This document shows, one piece after another, positions 20,301-30,049 of a stretch of DNA of 41,626 bases. The translations under genes and the position numbers were made by a program. The notes beneath the pieces are model-generated. The model saw only the letters and a list, made by a program, of their open reading frames with translations. It was not told the origin of the DNA and did not search any database. The stretch covers positions 1 to 41,626 of the forward strand of contig LT649301.1 in NCBI GenBank assembly GCA_900128395.1, written 5' to 3'. Source of the DNA: Stramenopiles sp. TOSAG23-2. Lineage: Eukaryota. Position 1 is the first letter of the stretch, and every line of letters begins with the position of its first letter.

Positions 20301-21789
20301 TGATACTATCAGGCCTTTCCTTCTCAATGATTTTCACACACATTTCCATGGTAACCGGTTGAAAATATACTTTATCAGCCATTCCCATTGACGTTTGCAC
20401 AGTAGCAATATTTGGATTGATTAAAATGACTTCTTTTCCTTCCTCCTTCAAAGCTTTAATAGCTTGGGAACCACTGTAATCAAATTCTCCAGCTTGCCCG
20501 ATTGATAAACCACCAGAGCCAAGCAATAAAATTTTTGATACTTGTGGTCTATTGTACATCAATGGATCAATCAATTGAACATTATCAACCGTATTTCTCA
20601 CATTTTTCAAGAATGTTTCGAACAAAAATGCCGTATCTGTTGGGCCACCACATGCTTCCGGGTGGAATTGTACACTGAATATTTTCTTGTACGCATGGGT
20701 AATGCCCTCGTTACTCATATCATTTGCATTGATGAAAAGTGTATTCCAACCATCTGGCAACGAATCGCTATCAACCGCATAACCATGATTTTGTGGTGTA
20801 ATGTAGCAACGACCTGTACGCAAATCGACACATGGCTGGTTCATACTACGATTACCATATTTCATTTTATACGTTTTTGCACCTGCAGCTAATGCTAAAA
20901 TTTGATTTCCAAGGCAAATTCCAAAAATTGGTTTGTCTTGGCCATCAATGGCCCAACGTATGCTTTCTACACATTTTTCTGCCATGGTTGGATCCCCAGG
21001 TCCATTACTAATGAAAATTCCATCATATGTAATATTGCTTGGATTGCTCTTTAAATCATAATCATACGGCACGACATGAACATCCACACCTTGATTTACT
21101 AAATATCTTATGATATTAAATTTAATACCACAATCAAACGCAATAATTGTTTTATCCCCATTTTTACCATAAACTTTAGGTTCTTTCAACGATACCTCAG
21201 CAACTAAATTTTCCTTATTAGGATCTTTGATTTCGCAATCGCCATCCTCAAATACAATCTTTCCAAGCATAGAACCTTTCTCTCTGATTTTTTTGGTCAG
21301 TCTCCGAGTATCTAAACCAAATAAAGCTGGCACATTGTGTTCTTTTAACCATTCAGATAATGAACGTGTTGCGTTCCAATGACTATGTACTTGACTATAG
21401 TCAGAAACGATTAATCCGGACACATGGATATTATTCGATTCAAAATGCGCTGGCAAACCGATATCATCCTTTTCGTCTCCTGGTACACCATAATTACCGA
21501 CCAAAGGATACGTAAGAATCAATATTTGTTTGCGATAACTAGGATCAGTTAATGCTTCTGGATATCCAACCATACCAGTATTGAAAACAATCTCACCACT
21601 TTTTGGAAGATTAGCACCAAAGGAATAACCTTCAAAAGCATCACCATCTTCAAATACTAATTTCCCAGGCTTGAATTTTGACATATCAAAACACGCTGTT
21701 GCTGATTGAGCAGTTATTTGCCTCCTTTTCCTTTTGCTTTCTCCATTACCATTTGCTGATCCATTGCCGACTACACGTTTATTCATCAT
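17314..21789 (-). CDS. Glutamine-dependent carbamoyl-phosphate synthetase, small+large chains fused, no DHOase/ATCase (CPS II-type)
   Basis: GEIVFNTGMVGYPEALTDPSY, SNGPGDP, PIFGICLGNQ (catalytic Cys), QFHPE, GSGGLSIGQAGEFDYSGSQA, ENFDPLGIHTGDS, IGSSVEFDWCAV, NPETVSTDYD, ENAGVHSGDA; MGS-like tail (GYLIRRTAVDFGVGLITN). Confidence 0.97.
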   Translation of the reverse strand: MMNKRVVGNGSANGNGESKRKRRQITAQSATACFDMSKFKPGKLVFEDGDAFEGYSFGANLPKSGEIVFNTGMVGYPEALTDPSYRKQILILTYPLVGNYGVPGDEKDDIGLPAHFESNNIHVSGLIVSDYSQVHSHWNATRSLSEWLKEHNVPALFGLDTRRLTKKIREKGSMLGKIVFEDGDCEIKDPNKENLVAEVSLKEPKVYGKNGDKTIIAFDCGIKFNIIRYLVNQGVDVHVVPYDYDLKSNPSNITYDGIFISNGPGDPTMAEKCVESIRWAIDGQDKPIFGICLGNQILALAAGAKTYKMKYGNRSMNQPCVDLRTGRCYITPQNHGYAVDSDSLPDGWNTLFINANDMSNEGITHAYKKIFSVQFHPEACGGPTDTAFLFETFLKNVRNTVDNVQLIDPLMYNRPQVSKILLLGSGGLSIGQAGEFDYSGSQAIKALKEEGKEVILINPNIATVQTSMGMADKVYFQPVTMEMCVKIIEKERPDSIILSMGGQTALNVGVELHEAGVLKKYNVQVLGTPIPAIMATEDREEFAKRLQTVGESAALSYSATNVKEAVDAANKIGYPVLVRAAFALGGLGSGFADNEKELIDLANKAFAASPQILVDQDLRGWKEVEYEVVRDCRDNCITVCNMENFDPLGIHTGDSIVVAPSQTLSNQEYFKLRKAAIKVVRHLGVIGECNIQYALHPESERYCVIEVNARLSRSSALASKATGYPLAYVAAKLALGVDLVTLRNSVTKTTTACFEPSLDYCVVKIPRFDLKKFNRVSNSVGSSMKSVGEVMAIGRSFEETFQKAMRMTSPSIAGFESIPRLREISDAELDNQLKNPDYERVFAVAEAMERGYTVDRVHQLTKIDRWFLSKLMNVDELKRALVASKDINSFSRPQILSLKQHGFSDIQIASRCNTSELIVRRKRLSMDVKPCVKQIDTLAAEYPAQTNYLYMTYSGSEDDIEFDAQGIMVLGCGPYCIGSSVEFDWCAVSCVRQLRKSGFKAIVVNYNPETVSTDYDESDRLYFEELSCERVLDIYEREVSQGVIVSVGGQIANNLALPLHRQGVNILGTAPEMIDQAEDRHKFSALLDRLGVDQPKWIEFSGSSKEKMKAACDKMGYPVLVRPSFVLSGAAMRVASSWTELSNFLEQVSATALEGPIVVSKFILNAKEVEFDGVAKNGEILNYAISEHIENAGVHSGDATLILPAQGLYVETIRQIKAISAKIAQGLHISGPFNIQYMARDNFVKVIECNLRSSRTFPFASKTFNVNLISLATRVMAGLPAKRLQFNLLDLDYVGIKAPQFSFTRLQGADPTLGVEMSSTGEVACFGSNRYEAYLLALLSTKFKLPSKSRNVFLSLGPQKAKEAFRECASILQGLNYNLFGTTGTAEYLRSHGVEITTLHKPSSKAKPNSIQYLSDGKIELVINIPDGFRTETVSDGYLIRRTAVDFGVGLITNIKCGVMLVKALQWRSTNADTPPMHIQEYYRSNSFATF

Positions 21790-22482
21790 TTGTTTTTTTT
21801 TTTTTGATTTTTGTTTTTGTTCTAAAATGAAAGAATTTTAGAAAATAATAATAATTACTAAATAATGTTTGACTTACTAAACAATGTTTTCGAACTAGGT
21901 TATGTATCTATGTATATATATTATGCTATACGTTACACCGGAATAAAAAAAAAGTAGAAGAGGATTGGTAATACAATGATCATCGATGTATATATCTACA
22001 CAGTGACATAAATATATATTCACAATATATATGAAAATTCTATTCATCTTTATTATTATTGTATGCCAATTGGCCACCACCATATATGATGTGTGGTTAT
22101 GAATTATATTTGAGATGATTCAGCAATCAAAATGTGCAATATAATAGCAAATGAGTCCTATCTCCATGCTATAGCTCCGCCCTCCACAATTTCAAATATA
22201 TTATTAAATTTCAAATATTAATACATCATGCACCATGTAAATAGTGTTGGACTATACATAAATTATCAAACAAGTACGACGCTGCTGTGGAGGGAGAGAA
22301 GATGTGATGTGCTGATGATGGGATGATGGGCTTGACAGTTAGAAAAAATGAATTTGTTAATCCTCCGGTGTACATACTTACCCCCCCCCCCCATGCAGAT
22401 AGAAATACATTCAACATAAAATATACACACAAACACAACACTTCCCCAAACCTGAACCCAACTTCATTTTGAAAATATAATC

Positions 22483-24141
22483 ATGGCATCTCTTGCAGAT
22501 TTTGAAAAGTTAAGAGTTGGTCTCATTCAAAAAATTGCTTCTGCAGATACACCGGAAAAAATATCAGCATTATTAGCACAAATGAACAATATTCCAACTG
22601 CTGATAATAATAATGATACAAACGATAATGGTAGTAGCAAAGATGATAGCAACAACGACAATGCTGACGAAACAAAAACAATTGAAATCAAGGAAGAGGA
22701 TACCAAAGAAATTATTGCTGCACGTCAATATTTACAAAGTGTAGGTCCATATGGTATGTATAAATTTCAAACGTCTTTCGGATTTGTAAGCACCAACAAT
22801 AATAGTGATAATAATAATAATAATAATAATGATAATAATAGCGATAGTATATCACGCAGTGATTTTTTATCTATAAACACTGATATCCCTTCCAATATCT
22901 TTAACGATCTGGCAAATGTACTTTTTACAGGAAATGATTCAATACTTGTGAAAGATATTTTATTGAAAATAATTGGTAATTTTAATGCAACACGGCAAAA
23001 TATGTGCTCAGCAACTTTCACTTCCTTTGATAGAATCGATAAGAAAAAAGATAAAAATTATGCTTCGTTAGCCTCTATTTTAACAAAGTTCTCTCCGTAC
23101 AATCATCCACTAGTTAAATCTGGTGTGAAAAACGTGGATGTTGTTGCACAAGAATTTTTTGATACGTTTACTATTGAACCAGAGAACAATGGTTCTGTAA
23201 GTTCCGAAGAGTGGGAAAGGTATGTAATGAATCAAAGTTTATTTATCGATAACGATGCAAGCTTTGAACTTTTTTTGCGCAGAACATGGCAAATGAGTGG
23301 AACGTTCCATTTAAACAAAATTTTAGTTACGGGAGAATCATCAAGTCTTTCCACACCAGATCAAAGGAGCAAAGGTAGGAAGTTGATGACGGACAAACAT
23401 GGGGAAATATATGGTGGAACATTTTCCATATCATCCGATTCTAAAGCGACACCAATATCACCAAAAGGGAAGAAAACATTTGTACAAGAACACAAAGATA
23501 GAAATATTGGCTCACATATGAAAGGTGCAGCAGCAATGTCTATGGAAGAAGTTTCACCATCTGGTAGAAAAGTTCATCAAGATCACAATGTATCGCAATT
23601 CAAAGGTATGACACCAAATGAAGGAAGTGAAGTTCCACGTGCTAGTCGTAAATTGATAAATACGGATAAGGATACACTGTCAGGTAGTGGTGTTGATCCA
23701 GGGGAATTGAATTTAAAAATTGGATTACGAAAAATAAGCAAGAAAAATCATTTTGATGGTAGCTCCGTTGGCGTAGCGTCGAATCATGAAGGGGAGGTAT
23801 CTGGTAGAGGTTTAAAACGGCTGCCAGTATCCAATGAATCTCATTTTAAAAGCGGACACGTGGCGGAAGATGATGTCGAACCAGCACGTGGTTTAAAACG
23901 TATTGTTGTTGCAAACAATATGGATAATGCCGGGTTATCAAATTCCGAGAGAAAGGTAGTTAGGAAAAGGCAAAATAAAACCATGGAAAGCAATAAGCCA
24001 TATTATTGGGATGACTCCAATAAAAAAACTGGCGACAATAGTAAGAAAGATAATGATTTTACGCAAAGTATATCCGGTCGTAGAAAAGGTGGGATGAAAA
24101 AAATTACACCTGGTGGCAATTCACAGATTATATTTGGATAA
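22483..24141 (+). CDS. Calcyphosin-like degenerate EF-hand protein with repetitive basic tail and terminal PGG motif
   Basis: HPLVKSG...VAQEFFDTF...NGSVSSEEWERY...SLFIDNDASFELFLRRTWQM matches the calcyphosin C-lobe pattern (HP.V.SG....V..FL..F...DG.V...EF..YY...S..ID.D..F......W); ends TPGGNSQIIFG*. Confidence 0.75.
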   Translation: MASLADFEKLRVGLIQKIASADTPEKISALLAQMNNIPTADNNNDTNDNGSSKDDSNNDNADETKTIEIKEEDTKEIIAARQYLQSVGPYGMYKFQTSFGFVSTNNNSDNNNNNNNDNNSDSISRSDFLSINTDIPSNIFNDLANVLFTGNDSILVKDILLKIIGNFNATRQNMCSATFTSFDRIDKKKDKNYASLASILTKFSPYNHPLVKSGVKNVDVVAQEFFDTFTIEPENNGSVSSEEWERYVMNQSLFIDNDASFELFLRRTWQMSGTFHLNKILVTGESSSLSTPDQRSKGRKLMTDKHGEIYGGTFSISSDSKATPISPKGKKTFVQEHKDRNIGSHMKGAAAMSMEEVSPSGRKVHQDHNVSQFKGMTPNEGSEVPRASRKLINTDKDTLSGSGVDPGELNLKIGLRKISKKNHFDGSSVGVASNHEGEVSGRGLKRLPVSNESHFKSGHVAEDDVEPARGLKRIVVANNMDNAGLSNSERKVVRKRQNKTMESNKPYYWDDSNKKTGDNSKKDNDFTQSISGRRKGGMKKITPGGNSQIIFG

Positions 24142-24279
24142 AAATAATATATATATAGATCGACATTACACTGACCATAAAAACTCAACCATACTGGCAT
24201 ACACCGTATATCTTCGTTTTACTGTTCACATATTATATGATAATATTATGATACGCTCGTAATATATATATATATATCA

Positions 24280-27200
24280 TCATGGTTTACTCAATTGAAA
24301 CATTGGCGATCTTTGGCTTCGCTGTTGCATTTTTCGTGCACTTCCACTGGAACTAGCACTGCTACTACTGCTACTGTTCATGCTACTCATGCTACTATTT
24401 TGACTGCTATTTTGGCTACTAAATGAATCTTCAATTTGATTTTTGTTCTTCTTCTTCTTTTTTTTCTTGTTCTTACTTTTTCGTCTGATATCTGAAGGGG
24501 AACGTGATTTACGCCTTTTCGTTCCAGGGGATTTAAATTTAGAAAATTTGCCATTTTTTCCACCTTTCAAATTTTCGAAGAAACTTTCATTCAGCAATGG
24601 CTGAAGTTGATCCGGGCCTTTCATGAAAAGGTAGACAGGTAAACGTGGTTCGCCACCACTACCACCAAAGTAATTGGCTTTATTCGATTTTCTTTTCTTC
24701 TTCAATTCAAAAAGTAATAATTCAGCAATCAATCTCGTATGTTGAGTTTTACCATAATTAGCCGTAGATTGATCAATAGTGTTTAAAATTTGAAGAAGGT
24801 AATCGAAATTTTCAAAGCCATTCTGTTTAAATGGCTTCATCATAAATGCTACTGCACGACGTTTGATGGTATACTTTTCATCATCTAATGTTGCTGTATG
24901 GTTTCCAAGTAAATAGATTGCATATGCAATAAGGGACTCATGGCGGTATAAATCGCGTAATACTTGCTGAGCATGTGTCTTGGCTCGCTGATCACGTATA
25001 CCATTTGTCTTTCGCATGGTTCCTTTGTATATTCTTTTAGCGATAGACATGATTTGACTAAGTTGGTCTTGACCATCATCTCGAATAATTTTATCACTTA
25101 CAAGGCTGCGCAAAACAATTAACGAACCCCATTTTGAATAGTTTCGAATTTTTTCTTGAGATAGCAATTTGACCAGACGCATGCAAAATTTCTCACAAAT
25201 ATCATCGTCATTATCTCGTGCTAAAATGCCTACATAATTCCAAGAGCGCACATCGATGAAATTTTCCAAATATTTATCACATGCTATTTTCAAAAAAGCA
25301 CATCCTGCCGCTAAACGTACATTGTCATCCGTACTATCTCGTACAAAACGTCGCAATGTGTTTATAATCGAATATGCTTCTTCTTGTAATTTCACTGCAT
25401 CACCACTATCACGGGATTTGTATGGTGAATTGATCAGTTTATTACACAACCATTTAATCGAGCTTACTTGGACGGCGCTTTGCAAATTTGGTTGAATAGA
25501 TTTTTTATTTTTACCAGGTCTTGGAGTGCAATCATTTGCAACAAATGTATTAATTTTTTCGCGATATTTTGATTTAAATGCATTTTGTGGTAATGCTTCT
25601 AAACATGTCGCCAAGGACATTAATACGGCATCTAAATACATGTTCCTTACAGATAACTTTTCATCAGATGTTAAATCTTTTAAAATGGTTCCCCAAAATT
25701 TCAATCTTGCCTTTAAGTTTTCATTGTTTTCAGCATCGTCATTCTCGTTTTTTTTCAACGATGTTCCTTGAACTACAGCAAGTATACGTATAGCATATTT
25801 TGCATGTTTTGTACCACCTGCATTGGAGCAATAACCTAAAAGGCACTTTTGTACGTCGCTAGTCATACACTTTGATAAAACATTTGAATCAATAGCATTT
25901 ATCAATTTTGAAATGGTACGTAAACTAGCTTCAGCGACGTAAACATTTTTGGAGGACATCATCAAAGCCATATTTGGCACGCAATATGATATTAAAGTTG
26001 GTTGCTCCGTATCAATGGACAACAACGAGATTAATTTCAAAACACTTGTTACTTTGCCTATGTCATTGTCATCATAGCATAACTTAGCAATCTTCGATAT
26101 TTCACCAATCGAACTTTCATTGTGAAAAACAAATTTAGTCGTTAACATACGATGAAAATTGTAAAAATATTTGCTAAGTTTTGCAGCACTGCTGTTGGTT
26201 TTACTAGAACTGTTATTGTTACTGCTTTTATCGCTTTTGCTTTTTTTACCAATTAAGCTTTTTGCAAGATATTGCTTGAATTTATCAGTTGATTTCGAGA
26301 AATCGCACCCGCTGACGCTTCTAGGATCACATATTTTGGACAAAATTTTAAATATTTTTTCATCGCTTTTATTAAATAGCATTTGATAAAAGCCTTTGCC
26401 AATTTTTTCATTAGGTAAATATTGCGATAAAATGTTCAAATTTTGATCCAACAAACGTTTCGAACGCTGCCTTGCATTTTCGATATTTTGATTCGTTGCA
26501 TTTGCAGATGTTGATGTAGTCGTCGTTGTACTTGTCATTCCTGTCAATGCTTTTGCATTTATTTTCTTCAATTTTTCACGGGCTGAAATGCATTGTGTAA
26601 AATTCGATCGAAATTTCACGAGGCGTGAAATGCCTTTTTCCAACCATTTTTTTTGGCTATCATCCAATGATCTGTAGCAGCTAACAAAAATTTGTGCTCT
26701 GACTTGTTGCGATGCTTGTTTTGGCAATATTTTCTCATTGAACATTCGATACGCGACATTTTGCATTTGTTTGTTGTCATTTTGACCAAAGCAGGATATG
26801 ATTGCACCTGGTATATTACAAAGCCTTTCTCTTGTTTCTACAGGAAATGCTATAAATAAAGACGACGTACCTAATGTTGGATCCCAATCATCAGGCCATT
26901 GAGAGCTAATGTATCTTTCAAAGATACGGGATAAGCCAATGATAGCACTATTTGCAATGTCGAATTTTTTATCATCTTTCCGTGTCATTAACTTACGATA
27001 AACACTAATTGGCAATAATTCAACATTATTAATAGCAATTGTACAAATATTATCTACTGCAGTTAATCGTACCTCTGCAGCTTGATCTTCTAACTTTTCA
27101 GTAATTCGAGCAAGAAGCTCACTGCGCAATTCTGGGACGGTATGTTGAATTTGTGTACAGCTTTTTATCATTTCAATACGTACTTTAGTAGATTTATCTA

Positions 27201-28296
27201 AAAATCTTTGCATGAACAATTGAAACGTTTTATCATGAGATTTTGATAAAATTTTTGATTCGCTAAACATTTTCCCTAACAAGGCAACGCATTGAACGCG
27301 TTTTTCTTCATCTTCAATACGCAAATGCGTATTTAAATTGCCCATAATATTAAATATATAATCTTCGGGAGAGTCTTTAGTGGACCCTAAAAGATGTAGC
27401 TCATATATTATTGGATATAAGTACGTTTTGATTTCGCTGTTTGAATAATCTTTACGCTCTGTTAACATATCATTTATGAAGTCACATATTGAATTTATAA
27501 AATTTCTTCCACAGAATAATATAAGTTCCCGGACCAGTTTATACGATGGTGGTGGAGGACGAATTGTTATCACTTCGCCTGCCATGTTACGATCCACTAC
27601 GCTAGTTTCACCTCGTAACTCAGGTATTAAAGGTCGCAATAGAACTTCCAAAAGGTTTTCCGGAACACCACGGTCTTCCATTTCAAATATACAAGTAACT
27701 AGAATATCACCTAACAATTCAAACACGTTTTTGTCTGTTTGGGTATTAGCTGTGTTCAACGATGTGGTGAATAAATCCAATAGCATTTCGTCATCTTCGT
27801 CTTGATCATCATCGTCATCATCATCTAAATCCATTTTATCACTACTACGTTTGTGATCTTTAACTTGCACAAGTGCATCAATTAAAGTTACACAAGTACT
27901 ATTTTCTGACAGACTTCGTAACATTGCTACTCGTTGATGAAACATAGCATCTTTTGTATTTTCCAGCTCCTTCAATTCTTGAACAAATAGTCGAAATATG
28001 GAGATAACTTCATCGCTTGAGAACGGGTGCGTTGGCAAACAATGACGGAAAACTTCGCATAGAATACATGCTACCAATACACGTATTTCTTTCATTTTAT
28101 GTTGTAACATCTTTTTTCTAGTCAATAAGGACAAGGTATTTTTCATTTCTGGTAAGGCACCAGTTGCTTTTGATTTTTGCAATGTTTGATATAATTTTCT
28201 TAAATGTCCGTGCAATTTTGTGGAATTAAATTTTGAATAGTCAATACGACATATTGACGTAAATTCAGAATCCCTTTTCGTTCCTGGTGATGACAT
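24280..28296 (-). CDS. PDS5: Sister chromatid cohesion protein PDS5 (HEAT repeats, basic/Ser-rich tail)
   Basis: LQHKMKEIRVLVACILCEVFR...HPF...IFRLFVQELKEL; IIYELH; R...VALLGKMFS; F..FMQRFLDKSTKVR; AKYAIR; VRLAAGCAFLKIA; 1338 aa is typical for PDS5. Confidence 0.9.
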   Translation of the reverse strand: MSSPGTKRDSEFTSICRIDYSKFNSTKLHGHLRKLYQTLQKSKATGALPEMKNTLSLLTRKKMLQHKMKEIRVLVACILCEVFRHCLPTHPFSSDEVISIFRLFVQELKELENTKDAMFHQRVAMLRSLSENSTCVTLIDALVQVKDHKRSSDKMDLDDDDDDDQDEDDEMLLDLFTTSLNTANTQTDKNVFELLGDILVTCIFEMEDRGVPENLLEVLLRPLIPELRGETSVVDRNMAGEVITIRPPPPSYKLVRELILFCGRNFINSICDFINDMLTERKDYSNSEIKTYLYPIIYELHLLGSTKDSPEDYIFNIMGNLNTHLRIEDEEKRVQCVALLGKMFSESKILSKSHDKTFQLFMQRFLDKSTKVRIEMIKSCTQIQHTVPELRSELLARITEKLEDQAAEVRLTAVDNICTIAINNVELLPISVYRKLMTRKDDKKFDIANSAIIGLSRIFERYISSQWPDDWDPTLGTSSLFIAFPVETRERLCNIPGAIISCFGQNDNKQMQNVAYRMFNEKILPKQASQQVRAQIFVSCYRSLDDSQKKWLEKGISRLVKFRSNFTQCISAREKLKKINAKALTGMTSTTTTTSTSANATNQNIENARQRSKRLLDQNLNILSQYLPNEKIGKGFYQMLFNKSDEKIFKILSKICDPRSVSGCDFSKSTDKFKQYLAKSLIGKKSKSDKSSNNNSSSKTNSSAAKLSKYFYNFHRMLTTKFVFHNESSIGEISKIAKLCYDDNDIGKVTSVLKLISLLSIDTEQPTLISYCVPNMALMMSSKNVYVAEASLRTISKLINAIDSNVLSKCMTSDVQKCLLGYCSNAGGTKHAKYAIRILAVVQGTSLKKNENDDAENNENLKARLKFWGTILKDLTSDEKLSVRNMYLDAVLMSLATCLEALPQNAFKSKYREKINTFVANDCTPRPGKNKKSIQPNLQSAVQVSSIKWLCNKLINSPYKSRDSGDAVKLQEEAYSIINTLRRFVRDSTDDNVRLAAGCAFLKIACDKYLENFIDVRSWNYVGILARDNDDDICEKFCMRLVKLLSQEKIRNYSKWGSLIVLRSLVSDKIIRDDGQDQLSQIMSIAKRIYKGTMRKTNGIRDQRAKTHAQQVLRDLYRHESLIAYAIYLLGNHTATLDDEKYTIKRRAVAFMMKPFKQNGFENFDYLLQILNTIDQSTANYGKTQHTRLIAELLLFELKKKRKSNKANYFGGSGGEPRLPVYLFMKGPDQLQPLLNESFFENLKGGKNGKFSKFKSPGTKRRKSRSPSDIRRKSKNKKKKKKKNKNQIEDSFSSQNSSQNSSMSSMNSSSSSSASSSGSARKMQQRSQRSPMFQLSKP

Positions 28297-28648
28297 GTTT
28301 ATATTTGGAGGTCGTTCAATATTTTGTTTAATATTATATTGTATAAATATACACTAGTATTAATAATAAAAGTCTGTCAATATATATGTATTCAATATAA
28401 TAATTAACGATATGTTTATGTAATGATAGATTTATGTATTGAAATATATCTATATATATATACACGTATATATATATATATATATGTTAATATATATATA
28501 TTGAACAGGTTCTTAATATATATACTATTCACTTTTTTGTACAAAAACAATAAATCTAAGTAGTTTTTTAAAACAATACCAGGTATAGTGTGTACATGTT
28601 AATGTATAATCCATTTATAAGTAGTTCTTTTTGCTAATTTGCACATTT

Positions 28649-28658
28649 TTTGGCGGGA
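28649..28658. promoter_or_regulatory. E2F/DP-like site TTTGGCGGGA upstream of PDS5
   Basis: Isolated GC-rich element resembling TTTSSCGS, ~350 bp 5' of the PDS5 ATG; function untested. Confidence 0.35.
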
Positions 28659-28826
28659 GTTCCCTGTCCTGTCCTATGCTAAACTCAATTCAATAAAAAT
28701 AAAACTTTACAGTAACTATGTCTATGCTATTCAGTCGCAACACTGTGTGCCTGTTATATAAACCTTAAAATAATATTTGCACATCATTTGTAATAATAAT
28801 TTCGAAATAATAGTTTCATCAAATGT

Positions 28827-29060
28827 TTAAATTTGTTCATCTAGCCAATCCAATTCATCCTCCTCCGTCGTTGATGCCGCCAGTGGTTTTACATCAATTT
28901 CAATTGTATCATCATTTGCAACATCATCTTTGCTTGCCATTTTCACTCTTTTTTTAATCTCATTTGATTTTTTACCATATAATGAATCAATTTCAGTAGC
29001 ATCATTTAATAATTTATTTTTTAATAGCGATGGCATCATTTTATAATGATGTAAGCAGTT
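28827..29060 (-). pseudogene. Apparent 3' fragment of an unknown gene (acidic C-terminus ...TEEDELDWLDEQI*)
   Basis: The last ~70 codons are protein-like; the upstream part of the frame is merely antisense to the crystallin ORF; no promoter-like spacer. Confidence 0.35.
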
Positions 29061-29662
29061 CAATAAATGATAGGACATCAAGTGTAGTTGTACCAAGTGG
29101 TTGCAAAGTGGAAGTGTTTGAGCATTATAACTACAGAGGAAGAAAAGCAACATTGAAAGCTGGAACGTACAGATATTCTCAATTCAGACGATTGTTTCCA
29201 AATGATCGATTAAGCAGTTTGAAAGTATCTGATGATGCACCAACTCCACCAAAACCATCTCCGTGCGTAGGATGCGAGAAAGAAGTCGCAACGTTGAAAA
29301 CCCATTTGAAAACATCTCAAACTGCAAATACTCAAATGAAAATTAAGTCCGCGCAAAAAGATAAATTGATGAAATCACAGGCAGATCAATTTGCAAAGAA
29401 AGAAGCTTCATTAAAAGCATCATCAGAGCAAAAGGATAAAATGGTGAAATCACAAGCTGATCAATTGAAGGAAAAAGATGAAATGATGAAAACACAAGCT
29501 GATAAATTTGCAAAGAAAGAAGTGAAGATACATGCAGATTACAAACAAGAAATGCAAGATATGCGCGCAAAAGCGGGGTTCACAATTGCATCTATTGATA
29601 AAGAGAGAAGTGAACTTAAACAACAACTGGAACCACAACGCCGATTAGTAAGAAGATTGTAA
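29030..29662 (+). CDS. Beta/gamma-crystallin (Greek key) domain + Pro linker + repeated coiled coil; probably 5'-truncated
   Basis: NDRTSSVVVPSGCKVEVFEHYNYRG...NDRLSSLKV (two N-D-x-x-S-S Ca-site motifs); PTPPKPSP linker; three MKSQADQ-like repeats; ends RRLVRRL*. Confidence 0.75.
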   Translation: MASFYNDVSSSINDRTSSVVVPSGCKVEVFEHYNYRGRKATLKAGTYRYSQFRRLFPNDRLSSLKVSDDAPTPPKPSPCVGCEKEVATLKTHLKTSQTANTQMKIKSAQKDKLMKSQADQFAKKEASLKASSEQKDKMVKSQADQLKEKDEMMKTQADKFAKKEVKIHADYKQEMQDMRAKAGFTIASIDKERSELKQQLEPQRRLVRRL

Positions 29663-30049
29663 AAGTTTATCGAGGTTCCAATTTAAAAAAACTATACGTA
29701 TATATACAAAAAAATAAAAATTTAAAAATATCATACCACAGAGAGACGCAATGCGAGCGTGTGTGTATTTACATTAATGTTAGGTTACGATTACCTGTGT
29801 GGCAATTATAAAAAGAGAGAAATAAATTTACTGTGTACCGAGAGACAACAGAGCGTGTGTGCACAATTTTTTTAAAACATTACGACACGAAAATATATAA
29901 TATAAAAAAATAAAAGAAAAAAAAATAAAAAACAAAAAAACATTTTATAAAAACACCATATATTTTTTTCCCAGTATTCGTAATATTATACCTGGTACTC
30001 GTAACATATTTTTATTTTCAAATATTGAATATATTGTACGTATTCAAAT

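Noticed and set aside
21895..22083. uORF upstream of CPS as an arginine-attenuator-like peptide
   Set aside because: No resemblance to the fungal AAP; composition reflects AT/TA-rich non-coding DNA.
22375..22392. ATACTTACC resembling the U1 snRNA 5' end
   Set aside because: Runs into a C homopolymer; no U1 stem-loops or Sm site.
29076..29087. ATCAAGTGTAGT resembling the U2 snRNA branch-pairing region
   Set aside because: Flanks do not match U2, and it encodes TSSVV of the crystallin motif.
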